Shown here piece after piece: positions 26,801 to 37,444 of a DNA stretch of 64,000 bases. Under the pieces are notes generated by a model that searched no databases, was not told the DNA's origin, and saw only the letters and a list, made by a program, of their open reading frames with translations. The stretch's first letter is position 1, and each line of letters opens with the position of its first letter. Source of the stretch: Penicillus capitatus (taxonomy: Eukaryota; Plantae; Chlorophyta). The position numbers were made by a program, and so were the translations under genes. The stretch covers positions 772,377-836,376 of the forward strand of contig OZ287699.1 of the NCBI GenBank assembly GCA_965649825.1, written 5' to 3'.

Positions 26801-27129
26801 GTCCCTACGGCCACGACTTCTTTCTCTGCTCCCAGGCGGGAATCCAGGGAACCGTGCGCCCGGCGCACTACCACGTGCTGGTGGACGAGAACAGATTCGG
26901 TTCGGACGCCATCCAGGTCATGTGCTACTGGATGTGCTACATGCAGTGCAGATGCACGAAGCCGATCTCGGTGCCGGCTCCGGCGAACTACGCCCATCTG
27001 GCGGCGCTGCGTGCGAGGCTGATCGCGGGCGAGGAGACGGACGACGAGACGAGCAGCATCGCATCGGGATCCGGGCCGTCGGCCGGACCCGCTTTCGGAG
27101 CTTCCCAGGCCAAGATGTACTACGTCTGA
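23875..27129 (+). CDS. AGO: Eukaryotic Argonaute, slicer-competent (copy 1)
   Basis: RGG-rich N-terminus; ANYF; FDGKNALYT; WLGYHQSIRP...LNID; PAZ-like ITVAEYY...YPELPCL...FLPPE; PIWI: PTQCF, NLALKINVK/MGGTN, GADVSH, PREE, FRDGVSEG, QKRHHTRLF, GTVRPAHYHVL, PAPANYAHLAA. Confidence 0.97.
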
Positions 27130-28368
27130 TGCCCGTGCGTCGGCGGCATCTATCGATCGGCCTTTTTGACAGGACTTATTGATCCTGTTCTCCTCGGTAC
27201 CTTTTTTTCGTGTTCTCGGCGCAGCTCTAGTCGCGGAAATCATCGACGACGTGCACTTATCTCTTGGCCGATGTGCTGTTGAGAGTCTTTGACTTCGATA
27301 GTGAGGGGGATGGATACCAGTCGGATGGATGGCGATGTCATTTGTCAACGTACTGTTTTTTGGCGATTTTCGATCGTGGGCAAGCAGAAGGGTGTTCTTA
27401 AAAGGGAGAGGGAAATGAATGGAGTGTTTAAGAAATGAGATATCTATCGGGAGTCGTCTAAGTGTGTTTGTATCGTGGGAACATTTGGCCTGTAGCAATA
27501 CACGAAATAAGGAAGGCGATACTCGAAGAAAGGATTTATACCGTCCTGAAAGTTGGGGCGGTAAGAGACAGGACGCGTCGAATTTCTGATTCGCACTGAC
27601 ACCGACATCTACTTGCTGCTTCTTCCTCCTAGAGGAACGGAGTCCAGCATTTCTATCTTCTGCGACGGCACAATGTCGGCGTTTTTCTGATGGTGCAGGA
27701 AGTGTGGGGGTTCGAATCGACTTCGAATCGTTGACGTCTGCTACGTTGTGCAGAGATTGTCGACAAGCAGAATATGACATCGAACGATGAACGAAACAAC
27801 AGCGGCTTCAAGTGGACGATGCGACCCTCTGTCTGGTTGTCCCTATGCGGCGAGCGTCTCTTTCGACGGTCATTCGCCGAAGGAAAGGCGGAATGAACCC
27901 CGTAGAAAGGTTGTTGACGATAGAGTCATTTCTTGAAGTCGATGTGCGCAGCATATCAATTTCTGTCGACTGATTGCCAAACAAGAGGACAGATGTGCGT
28001 TCAATTCCGAAAAGGTCGATTCGGACGGATGATAACATGTTGTCAAAAGTGACTAATACAATGGTATGACATGGATCAGATACTCTGTGTCCTGAAAGCA
28101 AGTCACGTTCGAGTTATTTTACGAGTTTCCAAAGGGTCTGCAATTTTGAATGACCTTCATTGTCAAATTGTTTGGCATAATATTCTCCCCTTGTCATCTG
28201 ATCAACAGACTCTGCTGCCTGATCTGTATCGTTTCAGTCGAACAGATCTCCAACAGAGTATTGTAAACAGCTAGAAGCCGCACGGTCACGCAGAACTGTT
28301 GTGGAGAGGATAAACGAATTGATCGAGCGCCTCAGTGCAAATCCTCTCTTTATGAGTTTAAGAATCGA

Positions 28369-28520
28369 ACAAACACTTCTCAAATGCATGGTAGTGTTGA
28401 AAGACAACAATGTTTTAACTCAGCATTCGCGTAAAATACTCTTCTTGGTTGCAAGAAATATGCAACGCAGTCGGACTTAATTAAGTACGACATGCCATCC
28501 GTTTGTTGAAGGATCTTTCG
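28369..28520 (+). pseudogene. Remnant of the PBG1 3' end / CtpA 3' end junction (third copy)
   Basis: acaaacacttctcaaatgcatgg...gttttaactcagcattcgc...ttaagtacgacatgccatccgtttgttga matches 48527-48586 plus 48763-48790 and the reverse complement of 36128-36260. Confidence 0.8.
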
Positions 28521-28769
28521 GCCATCAAAGCAATCAATTGTCTAGTCTATCCAATTCTAATTTGGTATTGATCAATGATTTTCCTTCGAGGGTAAATGGT
28601 TGCGATGCCTCTGGCTCTTTTGGGAGCTGGATCCACTTTGTCAGGGTAGAAGAGCACTTGGTGGATTCTTCATCTTTGATGTAATCTAGGTGATGTGGAG
28701 CTTTCATCTGTTAGTGGACGTGTGGACTGGTGCACGTATCAGGTCACATCACGTTTCGCTCATCGTTGA

Positions 28770-28991
28770 GTGATGTCAATCGTCGACAGGAAATGGAGTG
28801 AAAGGGATCTGAAGGGGCATGAGAAGGCCGCAATCGCCTTCATGTTCTTCAATTTCCTCCTTTCCTTCAGTGGGACGTTTTTGGCAGTAAGGGCCCTGCA
28901 GGACGTGCGATCGAAGCAGAAGGAGGAGTACAATCGGTTGTCCGTCATCTTAGACAATCTGCAGTTCGAACCAGACAGTGATAGACTCTAG
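28770..28991 (+). CDS. Possible 73 aa single-pass membrane protein
   Basis: Intronless ORF with one hydrophobic helix (AAIAFMFFNFLLSFSGTFLAV) then a charged helical tail; no family recognised. Confidence 0.3.
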   Translation: MMSIVDRKWSERDLKGHEKAAIAFMFFNFLLSFSGTFLAVRALQDVRSKQKEEYNRLSVILDNLQFEPDSDRL

Positions 28992-29139
28992 TGCTCTTCG
29001 TAAAAATTCGCCGTTTATTATCCTTCTTCTGAAGCTCCTCCACCTGAGATTCCTCAATCTCCTCACACTTGGATATGACAATCGACGACGTGGGCTTTCC
29101 ACTCTCCTCGTTTCCTGTGGACAGAGTCATCCATATCTC

Positions 29140-30330
29140 TCATGGTGCGACATCAATCACCTTGTGCTTCGATCCTCGCCAACAGATCCATCCCATGTAG
29201 CACTTTGCCAAAAACAGATCTCTGCGTACAGAAAAATGAGACACAAAGGGGTCACCGGAAGAAACCTTCTGATCAAACTCCGGCAAAGGATTGAACGAGA
29301 GCATGAAGACTGCGATTCCCCGATTGGGATCGATACTCAGCAGACCTGGACCAACATGCTTCAATCCCATGCGTTCTGCCTGCGTAACAGAATCCAGACG
29401 TAAACCAGAAAGGGCACCATCGACAGATCGTACCTTTAAAGTCTCTTCATAAAAGCTATCGTCTTCGTTCGCGGCTCTGTCTATCAGTCCGAACTCTGCA
29501 TACCGAGCAGGGTACACATTTCCAAACCGGGCGTTTTCAAGATCGTCCTCCTCTGCATAGAGACCATGCATCGTCAACCCGCTATGCTTGACTCCGGCTC
29601 TTACGGCTCTCTAAATCTTGGCGTCCATTCACAAAAGACAGAGAATTCTGCACAGCTTCCGGAGCCTCCTTGCCAAACAGGCTATAGATCAGGATTCCAG
29701 CATCTTTGCTGTCACTTTTTATGTCGACCTATGCCTGCAATCGCACGATATTGCGTCAGGGCTTCATCGGATATCGATCAGACCCACTGAGTGATCGTCG
29801 TATCTAAGATATCCTCCTCCAACAGATGATCAAAGCTTTCGTATCCCATAAATCTCTTCACCTATGCAAGTGTGAGACGCTTGGAATCGTCTATCTCCTT
29901 CGAAGCATCCATCCATCCATGAACCAGTAGGACCTAAAGTATGGAGGGAGAGTAAAAGCCGGCCGGATGGCTGCAATACGACCATCGATATCGACTTCTT
30001 CGTCCGAAGTCCCGGAGAGGTGAGATGTGTTATCGATCGAAAGGTCAAGCTGCCTGAGATACACCTCCAACTTAAGAGACTTCTTCGAGAAGCTCTTGGC
30101 AACGTGACGTTCCACTGTCACCTCATCCGTATCCAGTATGCATTGTATTCGATCCTGAAGCTTAGACCGCGCTAGTATTGCTCCGAACTGTCTAAACCTT
30201 CTTCTTGCGAATCGTTCCTGACGATACAGTTTTTAGTAGGGCGTAAGCCTGTATCCGTAACCCTCTCAGAACCGATCGTCCTTGACGTTTCAGATAAAGA
30301 CTGCGTAGGGAGTGCGAGAGCGCAAATGGC
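29140..30330 (-). CDS. Hypothetical gene or decayed gene, unknown family
   Basis: Protein-like ORFs 29140-29577 and 29891-30121 plus intermediate fragments; no clean gene model. Confidence 0.25.
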
Positions 30331-32764
30331 ATTTCGAACTTCGCAGGGACAGAGTCAAAGGGAATCGCGCACTAACTGATCGATTAATCGCGTAAGCGAC
30401 ACGAAATCGACACGACAAGCACGACCGTCGTTGTACCGAAAATCGAACTATCGATTTCTAATCGGTGTACTTTGCGTTTACCGAATACCAGAGGGCCGGT
30501 CTTTGATCAATCGATTGCGAAAAACATCAAGATCGATTGCAATCTGGAGACCGGCCGGCGATCGCACTTCTATCGAAACTTGATTATGATCAGGTATGAC
30601 TAGTAGCTCATTCAGAAGGCATAGCGATTTCGATCGCGTAGTCAGAAATCGATCGAAGCGCGCTCTTCGTGGTTGAAAATGCGATGTACTGATCGTGGGT
30701 TTTGAAGTGTCAGGAAGACGGCTTTCTTCGTAACAGCGACAGTCATTGTAGAGATGCTATACGAACATTAATATATCCGTATGTTTCTTTCGTTTGCATG
30801 TCCCAAGTCTTCTTTGCCACAGAACGTTGTCTAAGACGTAATATATGCGAATGTGTCTTGTTTAACCTTGTTCCAATCTTTTAGCTTTTGTTGTGCAAGC
30901 TTAGCGCAGTTAGGACGTATACCAGCGACAACAAGTTCGTACTGCGTCTGCCTGTTCTTCTAATACTCGCTCATGGTTTCGATCAGGTATGCGCTTTCGC
31001 AGACCACTTTGATCGAATCCGATTGCAGATCGTGACTACACGATTTCGAATCAGAGACATCTGAGGTTTCGTACCAGTTTGTTGTACAATTGATCAGGGT
31101 CTAATGAGTCAATCGAAAATGGGAAACTCGAGACGATTGGCGTGTCGTGATCGGTTAGCCATAGAACAACTCTTGATCTGTTTGTTCACTTGTTGTTGAT
31201 CGATTTGGACCCACTCAATATCGATTCATCGCATTCTTGATTGAATCGAGCGTCCTCCAATGTTTTCGTCTAATCGTCTAAACAGTTTCGATTACACCGA
31301 ATTAGATGTCAAGAAAATCATTGCGACTAGCTGAACAATCTCATGACTAACAAGAAAACTATCGATTAACTCCGACACGGAAACTAATTCATCATAATTT
31401 TTCGTGTCCTTAAAAGACATCCATGGTGCTTATGATTTTGCAGACGCATTTCGACTTCATTAATATCTACTTCAATCTTGTCATCTTTATCTTTGGAATC
31501 ATCTAGAGTTTTGCGCATCGCAACTAGTATGTCTCATATCGTCTTCATTGTCTTCTAAAACATGCCTTCAATTCTATTCAACCGATCGTCGACGATTTAT
31601 GTCTGTCTTTTGACTTATTCTAAATCTTGGGTTGTTTCTTTAAAGACAATGTTCATACTATCGAGAATAACAGCTCGGCTCCCTCCCTCACCCTTTTTCG
31701 TTTAACTTGTTCTCTAACCTATTGATTTGTTCTTTGATCACCGACATCGAGTTAAAAGTCGCATCATCCACTGTTAATGTAAGCCTGGATGAAGCAGTGA
31801 AATCAACGGGAGCACTTGGACCATTATCGACGATAGAAAAGCAGGTAAATGTGAAAACAGTAAAGTATGAAAACTATACATGGTTCGTCAAAGAACTTTA
31901 CACATTTGGTGAAAGTATGGGTCACGTCCAATTCGTAAAGTTTCACATCCGGTCATATATCGATGAAACAATTCGTGCATCGTGTAGGAATTCTATGTTT
32001 CTTCTTAAAGCTTTAACGACGTCCCCTGACTGATGCGGTAGTTCATTCTTCTTCATGAATTTATATCTTACGAGAATGCCTGCAATACGATAAGACGATG
32101 AGCGTCAATAAATACCCGCAGTATAGATCGTGTCGGGCACGATTCAATTGCGATCTCCCGTCGATATTCGAGCGATCATCCACGTCGCCAACGACTTTCA
32201 AGGTCTTCTACCCATGCGAACAAGCCAACCTCTAGTTTCCCCTTCTTGCTTCAGCGATGCGACACCGCTGTCAGGTGTAAGGTAGGCTTAGATGCCTTTT
32301 GAAAAACGCCGCTATTAGGTATAACAGAGGACACAGCAATGACCTTTCTGTCCAACTTTGCCGGGTGTTTCGACCGATTACCATTAGCACCCGTACATAT
32401 GTTCAAACGTTCAGCCGATCACGGCTGCCGGAGAGCCTATCAACATCGTTGAGTCGAGTGGTAGTTGATAGCGCCTCTATGTCTCCAAGTGCCATGGTAC
32501 CTCGATGCCTCGTTCGCAAGGCGGAAATCGAAGCGGTGGATGGGAAGTTCGATTGGAGGCTCCCGATGTGATGGATCGTTTCGAAGCAGCACTTCCAGAT
32601 GTGACATGGTGATTCTGAGTACTTGAAGCGAGAACTGTTGTTCGTATTCGCCATTAGTTAAGTGTTACTATCGCCGCGAATTTTCTCCCGTCACTTGCTT
32701 CCCGAGCAGGGGTCCGGCCCAGAGGTCGGTCTACAGAGATACCGTGGTTTGCACTTAGTGACAC

Positions 32765-34082
32765 GTGCCTGTTGCCCTGTCTCATTTGCTTTTTTTTGGA
32801 TTCAGTGGTCCCTTATTCCGTTTGGCACCGGTTGTTTCCAATCTCTCTGCCATCCGATCTCTTGCGTTTTTCTTCTTTTCTGTCCTATTCATGTGGGTCT
32901 CTTCTCATATAGTGGACGACGCCGTTGTCAAGAACCTCAGATGCACACGTGAAACATTTAATGTTCATTCGGCCATAGATAAGACAACCTCTCTCTCGTA
33001 CGACAATCATGCACAACATATGGGTACATTGACAGAGGAAATCGGCATTCCGGCAGCATCGTACGAAAGAGCTCATTCTATACAGAAACAATTTCTCGGT
33101 GCGTACCGCGCAGAGTTGTCCAAATCTCTACGGCAAGATGTCTCGTCTTTCTATATAGGCTGCCTAAAACTGGATTTGTGAGCATCGAGATAATGATGCA
33201 GCCCAACCGATTCCGGAAGCAACATTGAGGCCTCTCTATGGCCGAAGACGTATCAAGCACGCGTTGTTGCACGACCCGAACTTATTCAGCATTTGGTAGA
33301 CATGGGTTTCAACGAGGAACATGTATGTCCGCAGTGCTATAGTTGGATACTCTACTAGTGACGTGCCACAGGCACGTGATCCTTTCGAGAGGACGTAGAA
33401 TAACATGGAATTATCAGTGTCCATACTTTTACACCAATCTCATGTCCGTGCAAATCAGCGAGAAATACCATCGACATTGTCTCCAGCGCGTGAGAATCCT
33501 GCCGATCCAAACGATCGTAGAGAAGCCACAGGGGAAGCTTCCGTACGAACAATCATGAAACAAGATCTCGGTGAAGACGTCCTGAAGAAGAATGTGTCCA
33601 TGAATATCCACCCTGTCCGTGTTCGCATCCTTTCTTCTATTGTTTCGGACGAAGAAGACGACGATGCTGTGCATTCTCCTCCAGATTTGGAGTGGACACA
33701 TGTCGATACAGACGAGGCTGAAGAGATACCAGACGAGCTGCCGTCTTCCGAAGTCAATGTGAACTTCGTTGGCGATGGAGACGAAGAGATCATCGTTCGT
33801 GGGGGTGACCGCGGTCAAGCTGACGTTGCATCTCGCGGATTCGTCGTTTGATGACGTCTGTGAGTAAGGACGACTGTATCAGGCGAACTGAATGGCGTTT
33901 TCTTGGAAGATATTGAACGAGACGTGGGTGGCGATGGAGATTCCACGAGCTCTGGGGAATTGTTTCTTCAACTGCGACGACTGTTGGAAGGATTTGGCCC
34001 AAAACTGCTGGATAGAAGATCCGATGGAGGCGATGGAGATGCAGCTGCGTTTCTGCGAAGATTGCGTGAGCTCTTGAGTTAG
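32765..34082 (+). pseudogene. UBA-domain protein with acidic tail, interrupted by in-frame TAG
   Basis: PELIQHLVDMGFNEEH / intron 33323-33371 / ARDPFERT*NNMELSVSILL is a UBA motif with TAG at 33396-33398; followed by a D/E-rich region ending FLRRLRELLS*. Confidence 0.55.
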
Positions 34083-34816
34083 TTGGGAAGAAGCCGTTAG
34101 CCTAAAGATCCCTATGGAGTTAGACCTAGTAAAGAAAGGCAAGACCAAAACTGATTTCAGATAGAATGCATCGCGCCTTTGGCGTTCTTGGGGTATAGAC
34201 GGTTTTAACAAACTGTTTAGACTATACACAGTGAATTGGAGTTTTGTGGGATGCACATCGATTCAGACGTTTTGAGGATTTTCGAGAATCGATACTGAAT
34301 TTGCGATATTCACATATGGAATGTAATCGGTGGTGGGTTTGTACAGAACTTCGAGAACGCATCTCCGTCCGTTGCAAGGGAGAAGCATCTATCAGCCAAT
34401 GATATCAGAGTCTTCTAAGAATTAATGCTGCCGTGATCCGAACAGGTTTAGTGTTTCGCTTTCAGAACGCTCGTTTACAAACAGCTGCATCCGTTTGACA
34501 TCGCAGAATTGTTCTTCCTAGTCGACAAGAGCCACGCCACAGTCGCTGCTGGGATCGATGGCACTGACGTTGTCATGCTCCTTAGTTAGTGGAGTGTAGG
34601 TTTTAAAAAAAGACACGCCTGGCTAGATGTTCTGCACCGTGTGGATCTGATCGGAGTAGAAGGTGACGGGAATCTTCAGACAAACTCGCCGCGGTCGCGC
34701 AAGCGCTCAGCGACGGACGGAGGAAACAACGCCGAGTCAATACAGAGACTACAGGTAGCGTGCATCGTCAGCCTTTATACCCGTGGTTGCCCGCGGCCTG
34801 ACGTCACGTCGCGAAA

Positions 34817-34949
34817 CCGATCTCATCGACTGTCGCCGTCGATCGATCCTGCCGATCTCATCGACTGTCGCCGTCGATCGATCCTGCCGATCTCATCGAC
34901 TGTCGCCGTCGATCGATCCTGCCGATCTCATCGACTGTCGCCGTCGATC
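34817..34949. repeat. 35-bp minisatellite, ~3.8 exact copies (CCGATCTCATCGACTGTCGCCGTCGATCGATCCTG)
   Basis: Units start at 34817, 34852, 34887 and 34922 (partial); no spacers. Confidence 0.97.
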
Positions 34950-35048
34950 ATCGCTGACAGTACGATTTTCAGTTCTGTTGATCATTTGCTTGTAAATTAC
35001 GCAGACAAGATTCGGATCGAGGAGTCATTGTAACATCGAGATCTTGTT
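34817..35048 (-). repeat. Right member of diverged inverted repeat pair (partner 19311-19561)
   Basis: Reverse complement aacaagatctcgatgttacaatgactcc...gatcaacagaactgaaaatcgta...gacagtcgatga aligns with 19311-19445. Confidence 0.8.
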
Positions 35049-36234
35049 TAACGATTGACTTGTCAAAAAAGCGTTGCCGAGTTCTAATCTTGCTACTCTC
35101 TGTTTAGACGAATTCTGCAACGCTGATCTGATCGAGCGCCTCTCGACGACCCCGACAACGATATCTCACGCTACTGCCAGCGTTTGTTTCAGGACCGGTA
35201 AGAGCTGAATCTCCGCTGAAGGCGGACCCGAACAGAACAAAAGTCCTGCCTGTCGCCATGACAGAAGTTTCACGCGCAGAAATCCTTCAAATGCTCGCCG
35301 ACGTATTTAACACGTTTCCGGTGCGGAATCTCCCGATGAAGCAGTCGAGTAGCAACACGACAGTCACTTTAGACATCGCACGATTCGTAGGCACCATCCG
35401 ATTGCTGCGATCACAAGCAGCTTCAGAATCCTTTCAGATCACGATACCTCGTCCGATAGTTAGTTCCATTATTTGCTCTAAAGACAGACACAAAGCTTTC
35501 AATTCTCCCTTCACACGCAATGACAACTCCATAGATCAGCAACTATCTACTGCGTACAAAACTGCGCATGGAATCGCCTGTCCACAGCACATAAACCTTG
35601 TCCTTTGGTTGATTAACCGACCGTGATCGAAAGGCAATCGTCTGTATCGGATGCCAATAGAACCTGTTAACTTTGATCAGAGATGTGCTTCCAGCTAAAG
35701 TCCGCCAACCGTCTGTCGTTGAGCGAGGGGAACTCCTTCTGATCGAAGCTTTATCGTTTTCGCTTGGAGAGGGCGTACTTTCGTCGCCAAACGCGGACAC
35801 ACATCGCGCAACACATCGGAGACCACAGTGATCTTGCGAATCCGCGTGATGGATACCGTTTCTGGCAGGCGATCGATCTGATTCGCCACGAACATCGGTG
35901 GATTGACAAAACTTCAAGACGAGATATAATATCCGAAAAACAACACTGGTTTCGCGACTACTTGGTTCTTTGAGATAGACACGACTGTCGTATTTTCCTG
36001 AGCCATCAAGGACTTTCTCGATCGGACAACATGCATAAGCAGCGATTCTCTCCAGATAACGATGTCGTTGACAAATGTAACTGCTCTGATGCGCGACAGT
36101 TGTTGACTGTGTTGCAGTTATGTCGTCCTTAACAGATGGCATATCGTACTTAAGTCCTCCTGTGTTTCATGATTTTTGTAACTGACTCGACTGTTAAAAT
36201 GCGAATGCTGAGTTAAACGTGTTATCTGTCAACA

Positions 36235-37296
36235 TCACCAAGCATTTGGGGAGTGCTTTGTCGGATGGACAAATTTCTCGTAGTCCCACTTCAGCTCAAG
36301 AGCAAATGGATCACTCACTTCGACACCTATCACATCATTCCATGCATGATCGGAACAGAACGCGTACAGCGTCGACCAGCTGCCGTGCAGACGGCGATCT
36401 GGCACTTGTTTAGGAAACGCGCGTCCCGATAGCAACCCGAAGCAAGACACGTTTTAACGAGCTTGATGGTCTCATCTTTTGTGAGGTCTGGACGATAATG
36501 CTCTCGAAGGAGTGGCCTCATAAGGTGATGTCCAAACCCTACAACGTAGTATCACTGCAATCGGAGAAATCACGTTTAGACATTGTTGCACCTGTTGTGA
36601 TGTGATCGTCAACATAATGTGTGCCAATCATGCCGACCGTTCCCAGAAAAGACTTTCCTTCTTGCCACCCTCCGACGATGACACTATTCCATAGCGGATC
36701 GAAATCGTTGCGCCGGTTGTAAAGCACACGGCAGAGAATGGAATGCACTTCAGAGGGCGTTAACTGAATTCCATCATCGGCGCAGTAGTCATCCATAGCG
36801 AAGTCTTCCAACAGCTCGCAGATGTAGTCGTAGTCGGATACTTCTCCACCAGCACCAATGAGACATGACTCATTGACCTTATGTAAACGCTGAACATTCT
36901 TGTAACGCATGGTATGGCCATAACAAGCTAAACAACACTCCATCTATCCCATTCAAAGACAGATCTCGGATTTGTGATACCCAGTGTATCGGCGGCCAAT
37001 ACCACTCCTTCAGCAAACTTTACTGCCATGACGGTGGAGCCCATCACGACTGGATATCTACAGAAACAATGTGATCTTCGTCTCTATTTACGGCAGAAGG
37101 ACTGTGTGTTCTCTCTGTTGTTTTTTGGAGCTCCATCGGGAGCCAGTGTGAAAGGAGCTGCTCCGTTTTTGGGAAAGAGAGTGGGATAGACGTCTCTCGG
37201 AACTTTATCCAACGGATGCCTCTCCGGAATACCGGCCACACTTCCGTTGACGTTTAATCCCAGTGCCGCTGGGTGACTGGGCGAACGCGCATACAT
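36235..37296 (-). CDS. PBG1: 20S proteasome subunit beta-7 (PSMB4/PRE4-like)
   Basis: YPVVMGSTVMAVKFAEGVVLAADTL; YGHTMRYKNVQRL; IGAGGEVSDY; VLYNRRNDFDPLWNSVIVGG; FLGTVGMIGTH; YRDAR; LKWDY. Confidence 0.95.
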
Positions 37297-37444
37297 CTAT
37301 CTCTCGAATAACGTACGACACGACGTATCCAACTTCGCACGTTCGCTCATACCACTATCAATATCTCAACTACTTCTCTGTTTTCGCACTCACTCGCGTG
37401 TGCATTCATCTGCTTGTTTCTTTGTTCATTAGAACAACGAAGTC

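Larger units (their letters stand above)
20657..27459 (+). repeat. Arm 1 of ~6.8 kb near-identical inverted segmental duplication (partner 54601-61394)
   Basis: Matches the reverse complement of 54601-61394 from atacgaagcatatacgg to gagtcgtct; only scattered substitutions and small indels. Confidence 0.97.

Noticed and set aside
23875-27129. Prokaryotic Argonaute defence operon
   Set aside because: Spliceosomal introns, an RGG N-terminus and eukaryotic AGO motifs; neighbours are RPB3 and PSRP-3, not pAgo-associated nucleases.
23672-27780. Long antisense or alternative-frame ORFs over AGO (e.g. 23672-24967, 25252-26016, 26203-27780, 26007-27182 and their arm-2 twins)
   Set aside because: Shadow ORFs expected from very high GC3; Arg/Pro/Ala-rich translations without motifs.
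33396-33398. Non-standard genetic code (TAG/TAA = Gln, as in some Ulvophyceae)
   Set aside because: Long conserved ORFs (e.g. 492 aa at 10339-11817) contain many Gln and no in-frame TAR, and POLD2, LSM7, PSRP-3, hisD and CtpA end at TAG/TAA at the expected position.
34641-35033. ORF through the 35-bp repeat (also 19473-19817 through the 31-bp repeat)
   Set aside because: Unit lengths are not multiples of three, so the translations cycle through frames; openness is a by-product of stop-poor repeats.
19562-35048. Autonomous transposon, Polinton or endogenous virus
   Set aside because: I found no transposase DDE, RT, integrase, Rep/helicase, polB or capsid motifs in any listed ORF.
35258-36142. 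ORFs 35258-35626 (+) and 35543-36142 (-)
   Set aside because: Mutually overlapping and without motifs; the ATG of the minus ORF lies in the CtpA remnant, so it is likely rearrangement debris.
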